In this document: piece after piece, positions 1-8,662 of the stretch
How the letters are laid out: every line of letters starts with the position of its first letter
How positions within the stretch are numbered: position 1 is the first letter of the stretch
Source of the DNA: an uncultured Holophagales bacterium
Lineage (GTDB): Bacteria; Acidobacteriota; Thermoanaerobaculia; Multivoradales; UBA5704
NCBI GenBank assembly: GCA_963842525.1
Contig: CAWJGT010000019.1
Coordinates: 192,001-256,000, forward strand
Length of the DNA stretch: 64,000 nt
Direction of reading: 5' to 3'
Notes under the pieces: generated by a model
Told to the model about the DNA's origin: nothing
The model's database searches: none
The model's input: the letters and a program-made list of their open reading frames with translations, nothing else
Position numbers and translations under genes: made by a program

Positions 1-924
1 CAATCCCAGGAGATGGTTCGGCAGGGGGATGCCGGCCAGGCCCACGACCAGAGTCATGGCGCCCAGACGGGTCACTCCGACCTCGCCGAACCGGCGCACG
101 GCGGGGCCGAGCAGCACCGCGCGCATGATCACCGAGACCAGGCCGAAGAAGGGATAGATGAAGCCGATCGTCTCCTTCGTCACTCCGAAGACGTCCTTCA
201 GGTAGAGCGCCAGCACGGTGTTCATGGCCATGAAGCCCATCATGCCGATGGCGTAGATCCAGATCAGCGAGCTCACCGGGCCCGAGGGGTGGCTCAGCAC
301 CTCCCAGAAGGAGCGGAGCAAGGGCTTGCGCGGCGCGGGCGGTGCGGCAGCGTCCGCCGGCTGTACCGCGCGCTGCGTCTCGGGAAGCCAGCGCCAGGCG
401 CAGAGCACGTTCACCATGCACAGGCCCGCGGCGATGAAGCCCGGCGCCTCGTTGCCGAGGCGTGCGGCCAGCGATCCCAGAGCGGGGCCGATCATGACGC
501 CCGCGCTGGTTGCCGCGCTGAGCCACCCCAGCGCCTTGGCCCGCTCCTCGGGCTCCACCGCGTCGGCCACATAGGCCTGCACCACGCCGGTGATCCCTCC
601 GCCGGCGCCCTGCACCAGGCGGGAGAGGAAGAGGATCCAGAGGGCGTGCGCCAGGCCGAAGAGCACGTAGGCGGATGCCGAGAGGAGGAGTCCGATCAGG
701 ATCATCGGCCGGCGGCCATAGCGGTCGGACGACCGGCCCCAGAAGGGCGCCGTGATGAACTGGGCGAAAGCGTAGATCGCGACCAGCAGGCCGAGGACCG
801 TTGCATTGGCGCCCAGGTCCGTGGCGTAGAAGGCCAGGAGGGGCAGGACCATGGTGAAGCCGACCATGTCGACGAACACCGTGGCCATCAGGACCGAGAG
901 CTGCTTCAGCGCACTGGGCTGCAT
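1..924 (-). CDS. MFS transporter, TetA/DHA1-like drug:H+ antiporter (3' end outside the window)
   Basis: Not in the ORF track because no stop lies in the window. Manual translation from ATG 924 gives MQPSALKQLSVLMATVFVDMVGFTMVLPLLAFYATDLGANATVLGLLVAIYAFAQFITAPFWGRSSDRYGRRPMILIG, with MFS motif A (GxxSDRYGRRP) and successive hydrophobic helices. Confidence 0.88.
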   Translation of the reverse strand, partial: MQPSALKQLSVLMATVFVDMVGFTMVLPLLAFYATDLGANATVLGLLVAIYAFAQFITAPFWGRSSDRYGRRPMILIGLLLSASAYVLFGLAHALWILFLSRLVQGAGGGITGVVQAYVADAVEPEERAKALGWLSAATSAGVMIGPALGSLAARLGNEAPGFIAAGLCMVNVLCAWRWLPETQRAVQPADAAAPPAPRKPLLRSFWEVLSHPSGPVSSLIWIYAIGMMGFMAMNTVLALYLKDVFGVTKETIGFIYPFFGLVSVIMRAVLLGPAVRRFGEVGVTRLGAMTLVVGLAGIPLPNHLLGL

Positions 925-931
925 GGATTCC

Positions 932-2604
932 TCAGCGCGCCTCGTCCCCCCGCCCCCACAGCAGGAACGCCGCGGCGCTGGCGGTCATCAGCAGGACGCC
1001 ATAGACCGCCGCCATCCCGAGGTTCTGGAGCCGGAGGCTCGACAGGATCTCGATCGCGATGGGGCGGGTGTCGAAGGTGTAGAGCACGATGGAGGTGACG
1101 AAGTCGCCCAGCGCGGTGATGAAGGCGAGCCCCGCTCCGGCGGCCAGGGCCGGCCGCAGCAGCGGCAGCACCACGCGCCGGAGCCGGCGCCAGCGGTCCG
1201 CCCCCAGCGAGGCCGCAGCCTCCTCGAGCGCCGGATCGAGCCCGCGCAGGCCGGCCAGGGCGCCGCGGCCGGTGAGCGGCAGGCTGCGGACCAGGTAGGC
1301 GAGCGGCAGGATCCACGGCGTGCCGATGAGCACGAAGCGGCCGAGCCAGGGCTGGTTGACGCCAAACGTCGTGGCCAGGGCGAGGGCGAAAACGGTTCCA
1401 GGGATCGCCCAGGGCATGGCGATCAGCCACTCCAGCGGCCCCGACAGCGGCCCTGCGCCGAGCTGCCAGCCGCGCCGCCAGGAACCCCAGAGCGAGGGCC
1501 GCGAGCGTCGAGACGGTCGCCATCCAGAGCGAGTTCACCACCGGCCGCAGCTTCTCCGCCTGCGAGACCAGCGCCTCCCAGTTGCCCAGACGGAGGACCG
1601 GCGGGAACGGCTCGGTCGTCCAGGTGAAGGGAGGGACCAGCGACACCAGGGCCAGCACGGCGTGCGGGAGCAGCAGGATGGCGGCGAGGAGCCAGCCCAG
1701 GAGGCCGGCCGTTGCTCGGGCCAGAGGCGATTTCAGACGCCGCCGGGCCGGCGCGATCCCGCGCACTCCGGTGGCGCCGCCCACTCCAGCGGCTCCAGAT
1801 GCCTGTTCCGTGCGGCGCATGGCCCACAGCCCCAGCAGCGCGAGCGCCGCCAGCATCACCGTCTCGACCTGCGCCAGCCCCAGGTCCCCGTTGAGCTTCG
1901 AGGCGACGATCTGCGTGGTCATCACCCGGAAGCCGCCGCCGAAGAGGTACGGCGCCGAGAACGAGGCCAGCGAGGTCATGAAGGTCAGCAGCGCTGCGCT
2001 GACCAGGGCCGGCCGCAGGAGCGGCAGGGTCACCCGGAAGAGGGTGCGCGACCCGGCCGGCGCCCAGCGACGCCGCGGCTTCCAGCAGAGCCGCGTCGAG
2101 CCGGGCGAGGCCGGCGCGGGTGAAGAGATAGAAGTAGACGTACATCGAGTAGGCGTGGACCAGCAGGATCGCGCCCGGCCCGGCCAGGCGCCACGGCGGC
2201 TGCTCCAGGCCGAGCAGGCCCTGCACCGCCTGCGAAACGAAACCGCTCTCGCCGTAGAGGAAGAGGAAGGCGATCACGCCGACCAGAGGCGGCAGGGCCA
2301 CGGGCAGCGCGGCGACCGCGCCGAGGAGGCGCCGGCCCGGGAACTCGGTCCGCTCGAAGAGGAAGGCCAGGGGGACTCCCACCAGCGCCGCCAGCACCAC
2401 CGAGGCGAAAGAGATCCACAGGCTCCGCCAGAGCGCCAGCCACTCGTCCGGCCGCTGCACGAATTCGGCGAAGTGGCCGGACGTCCAGCCGGCTGGTCCG
2501 CCCAGGGCCTCGATCAGGGTCATCAGCAACGGATAGCCCACCAGCCAGGCGAGGACGAGCGCGACGGCGAGGGCGGCGAGATGGGTCCGTCGCGTCAAAG
2601 TCAC
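932..2604 (-). pseudogene. Fe3+-type (FbpB-like) ABC transporter permease, split by two frameshifts (about 2050 and 1455); real lesion or sequencing error
   Basis: GTG at 2604 overlaps the upstream TGA. Three frames (ORFs 1423..2997, 906..2033, 932..1417) join into one two-domain permease with two EAA motifs, LLEAAASLGA and LEEAAASLGA. Confidence 0.85.
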
Positions 2605-3700
2605 TCTCCGTCTACGCCCCCGGATGCTGCCGGGTTGCGAGAACGGCGGAAGATCCGCGGCGGCAGGCCTCCGGGCACGGGCGCCACGCCGACCTCGTCG
2701 CCCACCGCCGCGGCGGAGGTCGAGGCGCAGAACCTCGACCTCCCCGCCGTTTTCGAGCTGGACCTGATACCAGGTTACCGGCCCGGCATAGCGCCGTCTC
2801 ACCGACCTTCCCGGGGAGCGCCGCGGGGTCTGCGACGGGCCGGAAGGCGAGCGATTCAGGCCGCACCACCAGCTCGACCTCCTCCCCCGGTGCCGTTCCC
2901 GCAAGCTCGGGCGCCGGCTCTCCGCTCCAGCGCACCGCGCCGAGACGGACCGCGCCATCCGGTTCGAGCACTCCAGGCAGTCCGCTCGCCCGGCCAACGA
3001 AGCCGGCCACGAATCGCGTCGCGGGCCGCTCGTAGAGGTCTTCGGGAGTCCCTACCTGGTGCAGCCGGCCTCCTTGAAGCACAGCGACCCGGTCTCCCAG
3101 ATGAAAGGCCTCCTCCTGCTCGTGGGTGACCAGCACGGTCGTGATCCCCACGCGCTCGACGGCCCGCCGCAGCTCGCGGCGCGTCCGTTCGCGCAGCGTG
3201 GGGTCGAGGTTCGACAGCGGCTCGTCGAGCAGCAGCACCCGCGGCTCGGGCGCCAGGGCGCGGGCCAGGGCCACACGCTGCTGCTGGCCGCCCGAGACCT
3301 CGCCGACCCGCCGCCGCTCGAAGCCGGGCAGGTCCACCAGGGCGAGGGCCTCGGCCACGCGCCGCGCGATCTCCACGCGGCCCATCTTCCGGGACGCGAG
3401 GCCGAAGGCGACGTTCTCGCGCACGTCCAGGTGGGGGAAGAGGGCGTAGTGCTGGAAGACCATGCCGAAGTTGCGGCGCTCCGGAGGGACGGCCGTGACG
3501 TCCTCGCCGTCTACGCGGATGTGACCGCGGTCCGGGGTCTCGAACCCGGCGATCAGGCGCAGGGCCGTCGTCTTGCCGCTGCCGCTGGGTCCGAGGAGGG
3601 CGAGGATCTCTCCCCGGTCCACAGCCAGAGAGAGATCGCGGAGGACGGTCTGGCTGCCGAAGCTCTTGTCGAGCCCCTCCAGGATCAGGAACGGAGGCAT
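2601..3700 (-). CDS. ABC transporter ATP-binding protein (FbpC/PotA-like) with C-terminal TOBE region broken by two frameshifts (about 2800 and 2727)
   Basis: Walker A GPSGSGKT, signature VSGGQQQ, Walker B LLLDEP, H-loop VTHEQEEA. The TOBE-like segments RRYAGPVTWYQVQLENGGEVEVL and ASTSAAAVGDEVGV continue in other frames to a TGA at 2601-2603. Confidence 0.88.
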
Positions 3701-3726
3701 GGCAGGAAGACCCTCAGACCCTCAGG

Positions 3727-4761
3727 TCATTCCGCCGCCGCACCCTTGCCGCGGATCGTCCGGTCCCAGGTGGTCATCCACTCCTGGCCGCGCTCCTCGA
3801 TCATCTTCCAGTCGACCGGAGTGGGCTTCATGTCGCGCAGCACCTCGCGCGCCCAGTCGGGAAGCTTCTCCTGCGGCATGTCGGTGCGGGCCGGCAGGCG
3901 GAAGGCTTGGCGGGCGGCGATTTCTTGCCCCTCGGGGCTGCCGACGAAGTCGATGAACCGCTTCGCCTCCTCGGGATGAGGCGCGCCCTTCACCAAGCCG
4001 ATCGAGTCGTCGATGATCGGCGTGCCGCTCACCGGGAAGTGGAAGGCGAGCGGGGAGCCGCGGTGCCGCTGCCACAGGAGATCGGTCAGCTCCCAGATGG
4101 TGATCAATCCCTCCTGACGGTTGAGCTTCTCGATCATCAGGGCGGGCTGCTGCAGGTACTCCTTGGTCTGGGCGTCCAGGCGGCGCAGCCACGTGAAGCC
4201 GCGCTCGGGCGAGCCGGTCTCGGCCACCGACCGCGAGAGGACCATGCCGAAGACGGTCCGCATCGTGCCGCTCGCCAGAGGGTCGCGGATGAGGATCTTC
4301 CCCTTCCACTTCGGATCGAGCAGGTCGTCCCAGTCGCGCGGGGCCTGCTCGGGCTGGACCGCGGCCGAATTGTAGACGAGCACGGGGGCGGTGCGGTACG
4401 AGGCGAAGAACAGATCCTGCGGACCGCGGCTCTCCGGCGGGATGGCGTCAGCCCAACCCGGGCGGTAGGGAGCGAGGAGCCCCTCCTTGGCGCCGCGAGC
4501 GAAGATCGTCTGCGGTCCGCCATACCAGACGTCCGCCTGGGAGTTGGCCTTCTCGGAGCGCACCCGGTCATAGACGTCCTGGGAGCCCATGTCGAGCCAC
4601 CGCACGTCGATCGTGGGATTGCGCGCCTCGTACTCCTTCTCCATCAGGGCCAGCAGGTCGCCGCCGTGCGGCGAATAGACCACCAGAGGCGAGCGGCCGT
4701 CGCCGCAACCCAGAGCCAGAAGAGCCAGGACGGCGCAGAGGAGGAGAGAAGTCGTTCTCAT
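3727..4761 (-). CDS. ABC transporter substrate-binding lipoprotein (AfuA/FbpA-like family)
   Basis: Lipobox LALGC; family-typical segments ADVWYGG and PRDWDDLLDPKWKGKILIRDPLASGT; first gene of the ABC operon. Confidence 0.88.
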   Translation of the reverse strand: MRTTSLLLCAVLALLALGCGDGRSPLVVYSPHGGDLLALMEKEYEARNPTIDVRWLDMGSQDVYDRVRSEKANSQADVWYGGPQTIFARGAKEGLLAPYRPGWADAIPPESRGPQDLFFASYRTAPVLVYNSAAVQPEQAPRDWDDLLDPKWKGKILIRDPLASGTMRTVFGMVLSRSVAETGSPERGFTWLRRLDAQTKEYLQQPALMIEKLNRQEGLITIWELTDLLWQRHRGSPLAFHFPVSGTPIIDDSIGLVKGAPHPEEAKRFIDFVGSPEGQEIAARQAFRLPARTDMPQEKLPDWAREVLRDMKPTPVDWKMIEERGQEWMTTWDRTIRGKGAAAE

Positions 4762-4802
4762 AGTTCAATCCGGAAGCGGGGCGGGTGGCCCCGGGCGGCA
4801 GT

Positions 4803-5015
4803 CTATCCGGTTTGGCGCGCGAGTCGTGCTGCGTACGCCAGCACTGCGAGGATGTCGTCCCGCTCGAGATCCTCATAATCACCAAGAATCTCTTCCACTG
4901 TCATTCCCGAGCCGAGCAACTTGAGGACCATCTCCACCGTATAGCGAAGGCCGCGGATCGTCGGTCTGCCGTGGCAGATATTCGGGTCGATGGTAATCCG
5001 TTGGATCGGTTCCAT
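4803..5015 (-). CDS. DUF433 family protein (putative antitoxin); no adjacent toxin
   Basis: ITIDPNICHGRPTIRGLRYTVEMVLKLLGSGMTVEEILGDYEDLERDDILAVLAYA follows the DUF433 pattern. Confidence 0.9.
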   Translation of the reverse strand: MEPIQRITIDPNICHGRPTIRGLRYTVEMVLKLLGSGMTVEEILGDYEDLERDDILAVLAYAARLARQTG

Positions 5016-5083
5016 GTTCGGATAGCCTCGTCATGAGGCTAGCACGAGCCCGGCTAGGCGTCAGTCCACCCTGGTGTCACGTG

Positions 5084-5330
5084 AGGGCTCCGTCAAAGTC
5101 GTCGTAGCGGGGGCCTCCCTCCGCCCACCCTCACCCCCCGTCCCCCTCTCCCGCCCGCACTCACGCCCACCCAGGAGAGGGGGCGCCACCGCCCAAGGTC
5201 TTGAAAAAAATGAGTGTTGGGGGTTCCCCCTCTCCCGGGAGGATGGGAGTGCGGGTGGGAGAGGGGGCCAGGGGGTGAGGGTCTTGGGGCGGGGGAAAAC
5301 TCCGCCTCCGCCCGACTTTGACGAGTCCCT
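5084..5330. mobile_element. MITE-like nested palindromic element
   Basis: Imperfect 18-bp terminal inverted repeats AGGGCTCCGTCAAAGTCG (5084-5101) and CGACTTTGACGAGTCCCT (5313-5330). GGTGTCACG is repeated directly just outside (5073-5081, 5332-5340). Internal inverted arms CCCTCACCCCC..CCCCCTCTCCC..GGAGAGGGGG lie at 5128-5183 and 5226-5281. Confidence 0.55.
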
Positions 5331-5490
5331 GGGTGTCACGCCTGCTGACTGTCCTTCTGCGCGGCCGGAGCGCCCTGTTGCGGCGCCGAGCGGACCGCGT
5401 TCAGCGACGGCAAGGCCTGGCTCGTCGTGGAGCGCCGCTGCCTGATGGACGGTCTGCCCTGCGGGGCCTCCTGATTGACCTGCTTCGTCG

Positions 5491-5721
5491 ATGAGTGGAC
5501 CCGCAGGTCGCACTGACCATGAGCCGGCGTCGACTGACCGACCCGCAGGTCACACTGTCCACGCACCAGCACCAACTGTCCGACCCGCAACAACAACCGT
5601 CCGACCCGGAGCGTCAACCGTCCGACCTGCAGGGCAGACTGACCACGCAGCAGGGCCAACCGTCCGACCTGCGGGTCACACCGACCACGCGGCAGGTCAG
5701 CTCGACGACGAGCCAGGATCC
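5491..5721. repeat. Degenerate 21-bp tandem array (about 11 units)
   Basis: Nine consecutive units at 5512-5700 start AC(T/C)G(A/T)CC with exact 21-nt spacing; weaker units flank them. Confidence 0.8.
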
Positions 5722-5746
5722 AACATTGCTCGTATAGCCGCCTTCC

Positions 5747-5847
5747 GCCCGGACATGAATGCCCGGGCTAGGAACAGCGCCGGGTGAACCCGGCTTCAAG
5801 CCCCATTCATGGGGCGCTGTTGCCAGCCCGGCGATTCATCGCCGGGC
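5747..5847. repeat. REP/BIME-like cluster of four hairpins
   Basis: GCCCGGACATGAATGCCCGGGC, GCCGGGTGAACCCGGC, GCCCCATTCATGGGGC and GCCCGGCGATTCATCGCCGGGC. The first two loops contain TGAA and the last two TTCA, so the cluster is itself inverted. It abuts the stop of the 5848..6078 gene. Confidence 0.7.
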
Positions 5848-6078
5848 TCACTCGAAGCCACGGAAGAGGTGCTTCCTCACCTCTGACCAGGGAATTCCCT
5901 CGACGGCTCCCGAGTCGAGCGCGTCGATACGCAGGCGGATCTCCGCATCCCAGGCCTCCTCGGCATCCGAGTCCGCCTCTTCGTGCAGGCTCTCGATCAA
6001 GGCTCCGGCGACCGAGGCCCGACCTTTCTCGTCCAGAGTCAGCGCCTGCTTCAAAACGTCTTCAACGGTGGCTCTCAT
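5848..6078 (-). CDS. Putative addiction-module antitoxin (TIGR02574-like); no adjacent RelE/ParE toxin
   Basis: 76 aa; ALTLDEKGRASVAGALIESL...EEAWDAEIRLRIDALDSGAVEGIPWSEV is the family pattern. Confidence 0.85.
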   Translation of the reverse strand: MRATVEDVLKQALTLDEKGRASVAGALIESLHEEADSDAEEAWDAEIRLRIDALDSGAVEGIPWSEVRKHLFRGFE

Positions 6079-6180
6079 ACCCAGGTATTCTACTCTCCCT
6101 CACTCCAGCCGCTCATACGCCAGCACCGTCAGGAACGGCGCAATCTCCCGGGTGGCGCTGGGGAGGCTGATTCGGAAGGA

Positions 6181-6206
6181 GGGGTAGGGGTAGGGGTAGG
6201 GGTAGG
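6181..6206 (+). repeat. (GGGGTA)4 hexamer repeat, G-quadruplex-capable
   Basis: GGGGTAGGGGTAGGGGTAGGGGTAGG in the gap between divergent TA genes. Confidence 0.75.
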
Positions 6207-6273
6207 CATTGCAACTCCGATCCACCGTTCAGGCGTAGAATCCTCTGGAATGACGGACTAGGAGGAACTTGAC

Positions 6274-6558
6274 GTGCATGCCCACAAGCTTCAAATCACC
6301 ATCCCAGAGGAGCCTGACCGCGAAATCGCGGTGCGCCTCCCCGACGACTTCCCCGCCGGGCCTGCTGAGGTGATCGTCTTGGCGGGCCCGCAGAGGCCAG
6401 AACGCGACGCCGATCAACCCTACCAACCTACGGCGGCCGCCCTCGATGATCTGCTCTCGTTCGAAGCCACACCGGAGGAGGAGAAGATTCTGGGAGATTT
6501 CGAATCGTTTCAGAAAGAACATCCATTCCGCCTGAGCAGTCTCGCAGAGGAATCATGA
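6274..6558 (+). CDS. Small acidic protein, probable antitoxin of the downstream PIN toxin
   Basis: AGGAGG RBS before GTG 6274; 94 aa and acidic; ATGA overlap with the PIN gene. Confidence 0.7.
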   Translation: MHAHKLQITIPEEPDREIAVRLPDDFPAGPAEVIVLAGPQRPERDADQPYQPTAAALDDLLSFEATPEEEKILGDFESFQKEHPFRLSSLAEES

Positions 6559-6977
6559 GAGAGCTTCTCCTCGACACCAACACCCTGAGCTACATCCTGA
6601 AGGAGAGACAGCCGGCGGTGGATCGCCTTCGGAAGGCGAGAGACGGAGGATCTCAATTCCTCTTAGCCTCGCCTGTACATTGTGAGCTGAACCGATATCT
6701 TGAACTGAAGGGAGCCCAGCGGCTTATACGCCTCTATCGCCGGCTTGTCGATCCCTGGTTGCGGTGCAACTTGAGTTTCGAGGATTGGGACTCGGCTTCG
6801 CGGCTCTGGGCTGAGCTGCATAGCGGTGGCAGGTCGATCTCGGATTTCGATCTCCTACTCGCTATGCTTGCACGAAAGCACGGCGCTATTCTTGTGACGA
6901 GCAATACTCCGCATTTCGAGGCTTTGGGGATAATCTTGGAAGACTGGACTCAGCCCATAGCACCGTTGGAGGCCTGA
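6555..6977 (+). CDS. vapC: PIN-domain VapC-family toxin (RNase)
   Basis: LLLDTNTLS, SISDFDLLLA and LVTSNTPHF motifs; 140 aa; visibly more AT-rich than the flanks. Confidence 0.88.
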   Translation: MRELLLDTNTLSYILKERQPAVDRLRKARDGGSQFLLASPVHCELNRYLELKGAQRLIRLYRRLVDPWLRCNLSFEDWDSASRLWAELHSGGRSISDFDLLLAMLARKHGAILVTSNTPHFEALGIILEDWTQPIAPLEA

Positions 6978-7065
6978 GTTGGCGACTCTACTCGGTTGGG
7001 TGGCACCTATCAGGCTTGCTCCAGCCGGTAGCGCACCAGCGCACGCAGTTGCTCGGGGCTCCGAC

Positions 7066-7395
7066 TCAAACAGGGATGCCTTCTCGCTCGATGGTCTGGA
7101 CGACAGGCTGCGCACCGAACGGGCCCTGCTCCAGCCCACGACGAGTCGTCACGAGGGTCGAAATCACCCGATCGTTGTCGAATCCGAATTCCCAGGCGAT
7201 TTCGTCGATCCAGCGGCGGAGGGCAGGAGTCAGCTCGGTGACGACGAGGTAGACGTCGAGGTCCGAATCGGGCGTAGCCTCACCTCGGACCCGCGAGCCG
7301 TACACTCGAAAATCTTCGATCTTTACACTTTGCGCGAGGCGCTGCCGCAGCTCCCGGGCGATCTTCCAGTCCGCAGCGTCCATTCCGGCCCTCAT
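7066..7395 (-). CDS. Minimal nucleotidyltransferase (MNT, MntA-like antitoxin); no HEPN partner seen
   Basis: GS-x10-DxD motif YGSRVRGEATPDSDLDV; 109 aa. Confidence 0.85.
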   Translation of the reverse strand: MRAGMDAADWKIARELRQRLAQSVKIEDFRVYGSRVRGEATPDSDLDVYLVVTELTPALRRWIDEIAWEFGFDNDRVISTLVTTRRGLEQGPFGAQPVVQTIEREGIPV

Positions 7396-7484
7396 GACCT
7401 CTCCCGTTCCATCGCCATAGCCTTATTGTACGAGCTTTCTGAGGAGTAGGGACAGGAGGGGTCCGGCGGCCCCCGGAGAGAGGT

Positions 7485-8627
7485 CTACCGGTCGCGCGAG
7501 AAGAGCCCTGGCTGCAGCTCGGCGACCTCGGCCGGGTCGTCGACGGGATCGGCGCCATTGGCCCCGTCGTGGCCGTTCGGGCCGTACGCTTCGGCTTCGC
7601 GGGCTTCGGCGGCGTGGGGATCGATCTCCTGCTCGGGCTCCCGTTCGGACGCGCGCTCGACGACCGGCGGCAGGTAGACGTAGCGGCCCAGGCCGCGGCT
7701 GAAGGCGATGCCGAGGTTGGCGTCGCGGTTCGCCTCGCGGGAGGCCCGGAGCTGGTTGAGCTTCGAGTCGAGGTCGTCGATGAAGTGGAGGACCAGCGCC
7801 TCCGGGGTCATCGGCTCGACCGGCGAGGCGAACTCCTTCTTGCCTTGATGGGAGAGGACCATGTGCTCCAGCAGGAGGCGGAGGTCGTCGGGGAAGCAGT
7901 CAATCGCGGCGCAGCGGTCGCGCAGCAGGTCGCGGCCGATGACCACGTGGCCGACGAGACGCCCTTCCAAGGTGTAGTCATTGGCCGGCATGGCTCCCAG
8001 CTCGCGGAGCTTGCCGAGGTCGTGGAACAGCACCCCGAGGACCACGAGGTCGCGGTCGACGTCGCGGTAGTGCTCGCAGATCTGGACGGCCAGCTCGGCC
8101 ATCGAAACTACGTGCTCCAAGAGGCCGCCGCGGTAGGCGTGGTGCATCGACTTGGCCGCCGGGTGCTCGCGCAGGGGGGCGCCGTGGATGTCCAGGGTCT
8201 CGCGGGCGAGCCGGCGCAGGATCGGACGGTCCACCTTCTCCTCCAGAAGACGGCAGAGTCGCGCCCAGAGATCGGCGATGTCCTCCCGGGTGGACGGAAT
8301 CAGCTTCGACTCGTCGAACCCATAGCCCCGGTCGGCCTCGGTCGTCGGGCGGCAATCGTCGATGCTGAGCTGGAGCTGATCGCGGTAGCTCTTGACCGTC
8401 CCCTTGAAGGCGACGAAGCCGTGGGCGTCGAACTGGCCATGCATCGCGGGGCTGTCCGCCCACACCTTGGCAACGATCGAGCCGCTGGCGTCGGCGAGCT
8501 CCAAGTCCAGGTAGCTCTTGTTGTTGCGGTCCTGGCGCTGCTCTTTCTTGGTGAGCAGCGCGTAGCCCTCGACGCTGTCGCCGCTGGCCCAGTCTCGGAT
8601 CGGGGTGTTGCGTGGAATCCTGCCCAT
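7485..8627 (-). CDS. yhaM: OB-fold plus HD-domain 3'-5' exoribonuclease, YhaM/Cbf1 family
   Basis: N-terminal OB fold (YLDLELADASGSIVAKVW), PAAKSMHHAYRGGLLEH, LFHDLGK, SHQG and IDDLDSK. Start placed at ATG 8627 rather than 8720 because the longer start overlaps the divergent gene. Confidence 0.88.
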   Translation of the reverse strand: MGRIPRNTPIRDWASGDSVEGYALLTKKEQRQDRNNKSYLDLELADASGSIVAKVWADSPAMHGQFDAHGFVAFKGTVKSYRDQLQLSIDDCRPTTEADRGYGFDESKLIPSTREDIADLWARLCRLLEEKVDRPILRRLARETLDIHGAPLREHPAAKSMHHAYRGGLLEHVVSMAELAVQICEHYRDVDRDLVVLGVLFHDLGKLRELGAMPANDYTLEGRLVGHVVIGRDLLRDRCAAIDCFPDDLRLLLEHMVLSHQGKKEFASPVEPMTPEALVLHFIDDLDSKLNQLRASREANRDANLGIAFSRGLGRYVYLPPVVERASEREPEQEIDPHAAEAREAEAYGPNGHDGANGADPVDDPAEVAELQPGLFSRDR

Positions 8628-8662
8628 AGAAACCGCGATCATAGTAGTCTGTCGGACCGCCG

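Noticed and set aside
13-1098. Plus-strand 361-aa ORF at the left edge
   Set aside because: Antisense shadow of the MFS gene on the minus strand.
932-4761. Linking the Fe3+-type ABC importer to the NRPS as a siderophore system
   Set aside because: It lies about 20 kb away, is not a FecCD-type siderophore importer, and no chelator-forming genes are visible.
5491-5721. Possible CRISPR array
   Set aside because: Period is 21 nt with only a 7-nt conserved part, the variable parts resemble each other, and no cas genes are present.
6129-6209. Tiny minus-strand ORF MPTPTPTPTPPSES...
   Set aside because: Only 26 codons, produced by the hexamer repeat, with no independent coding evidence.
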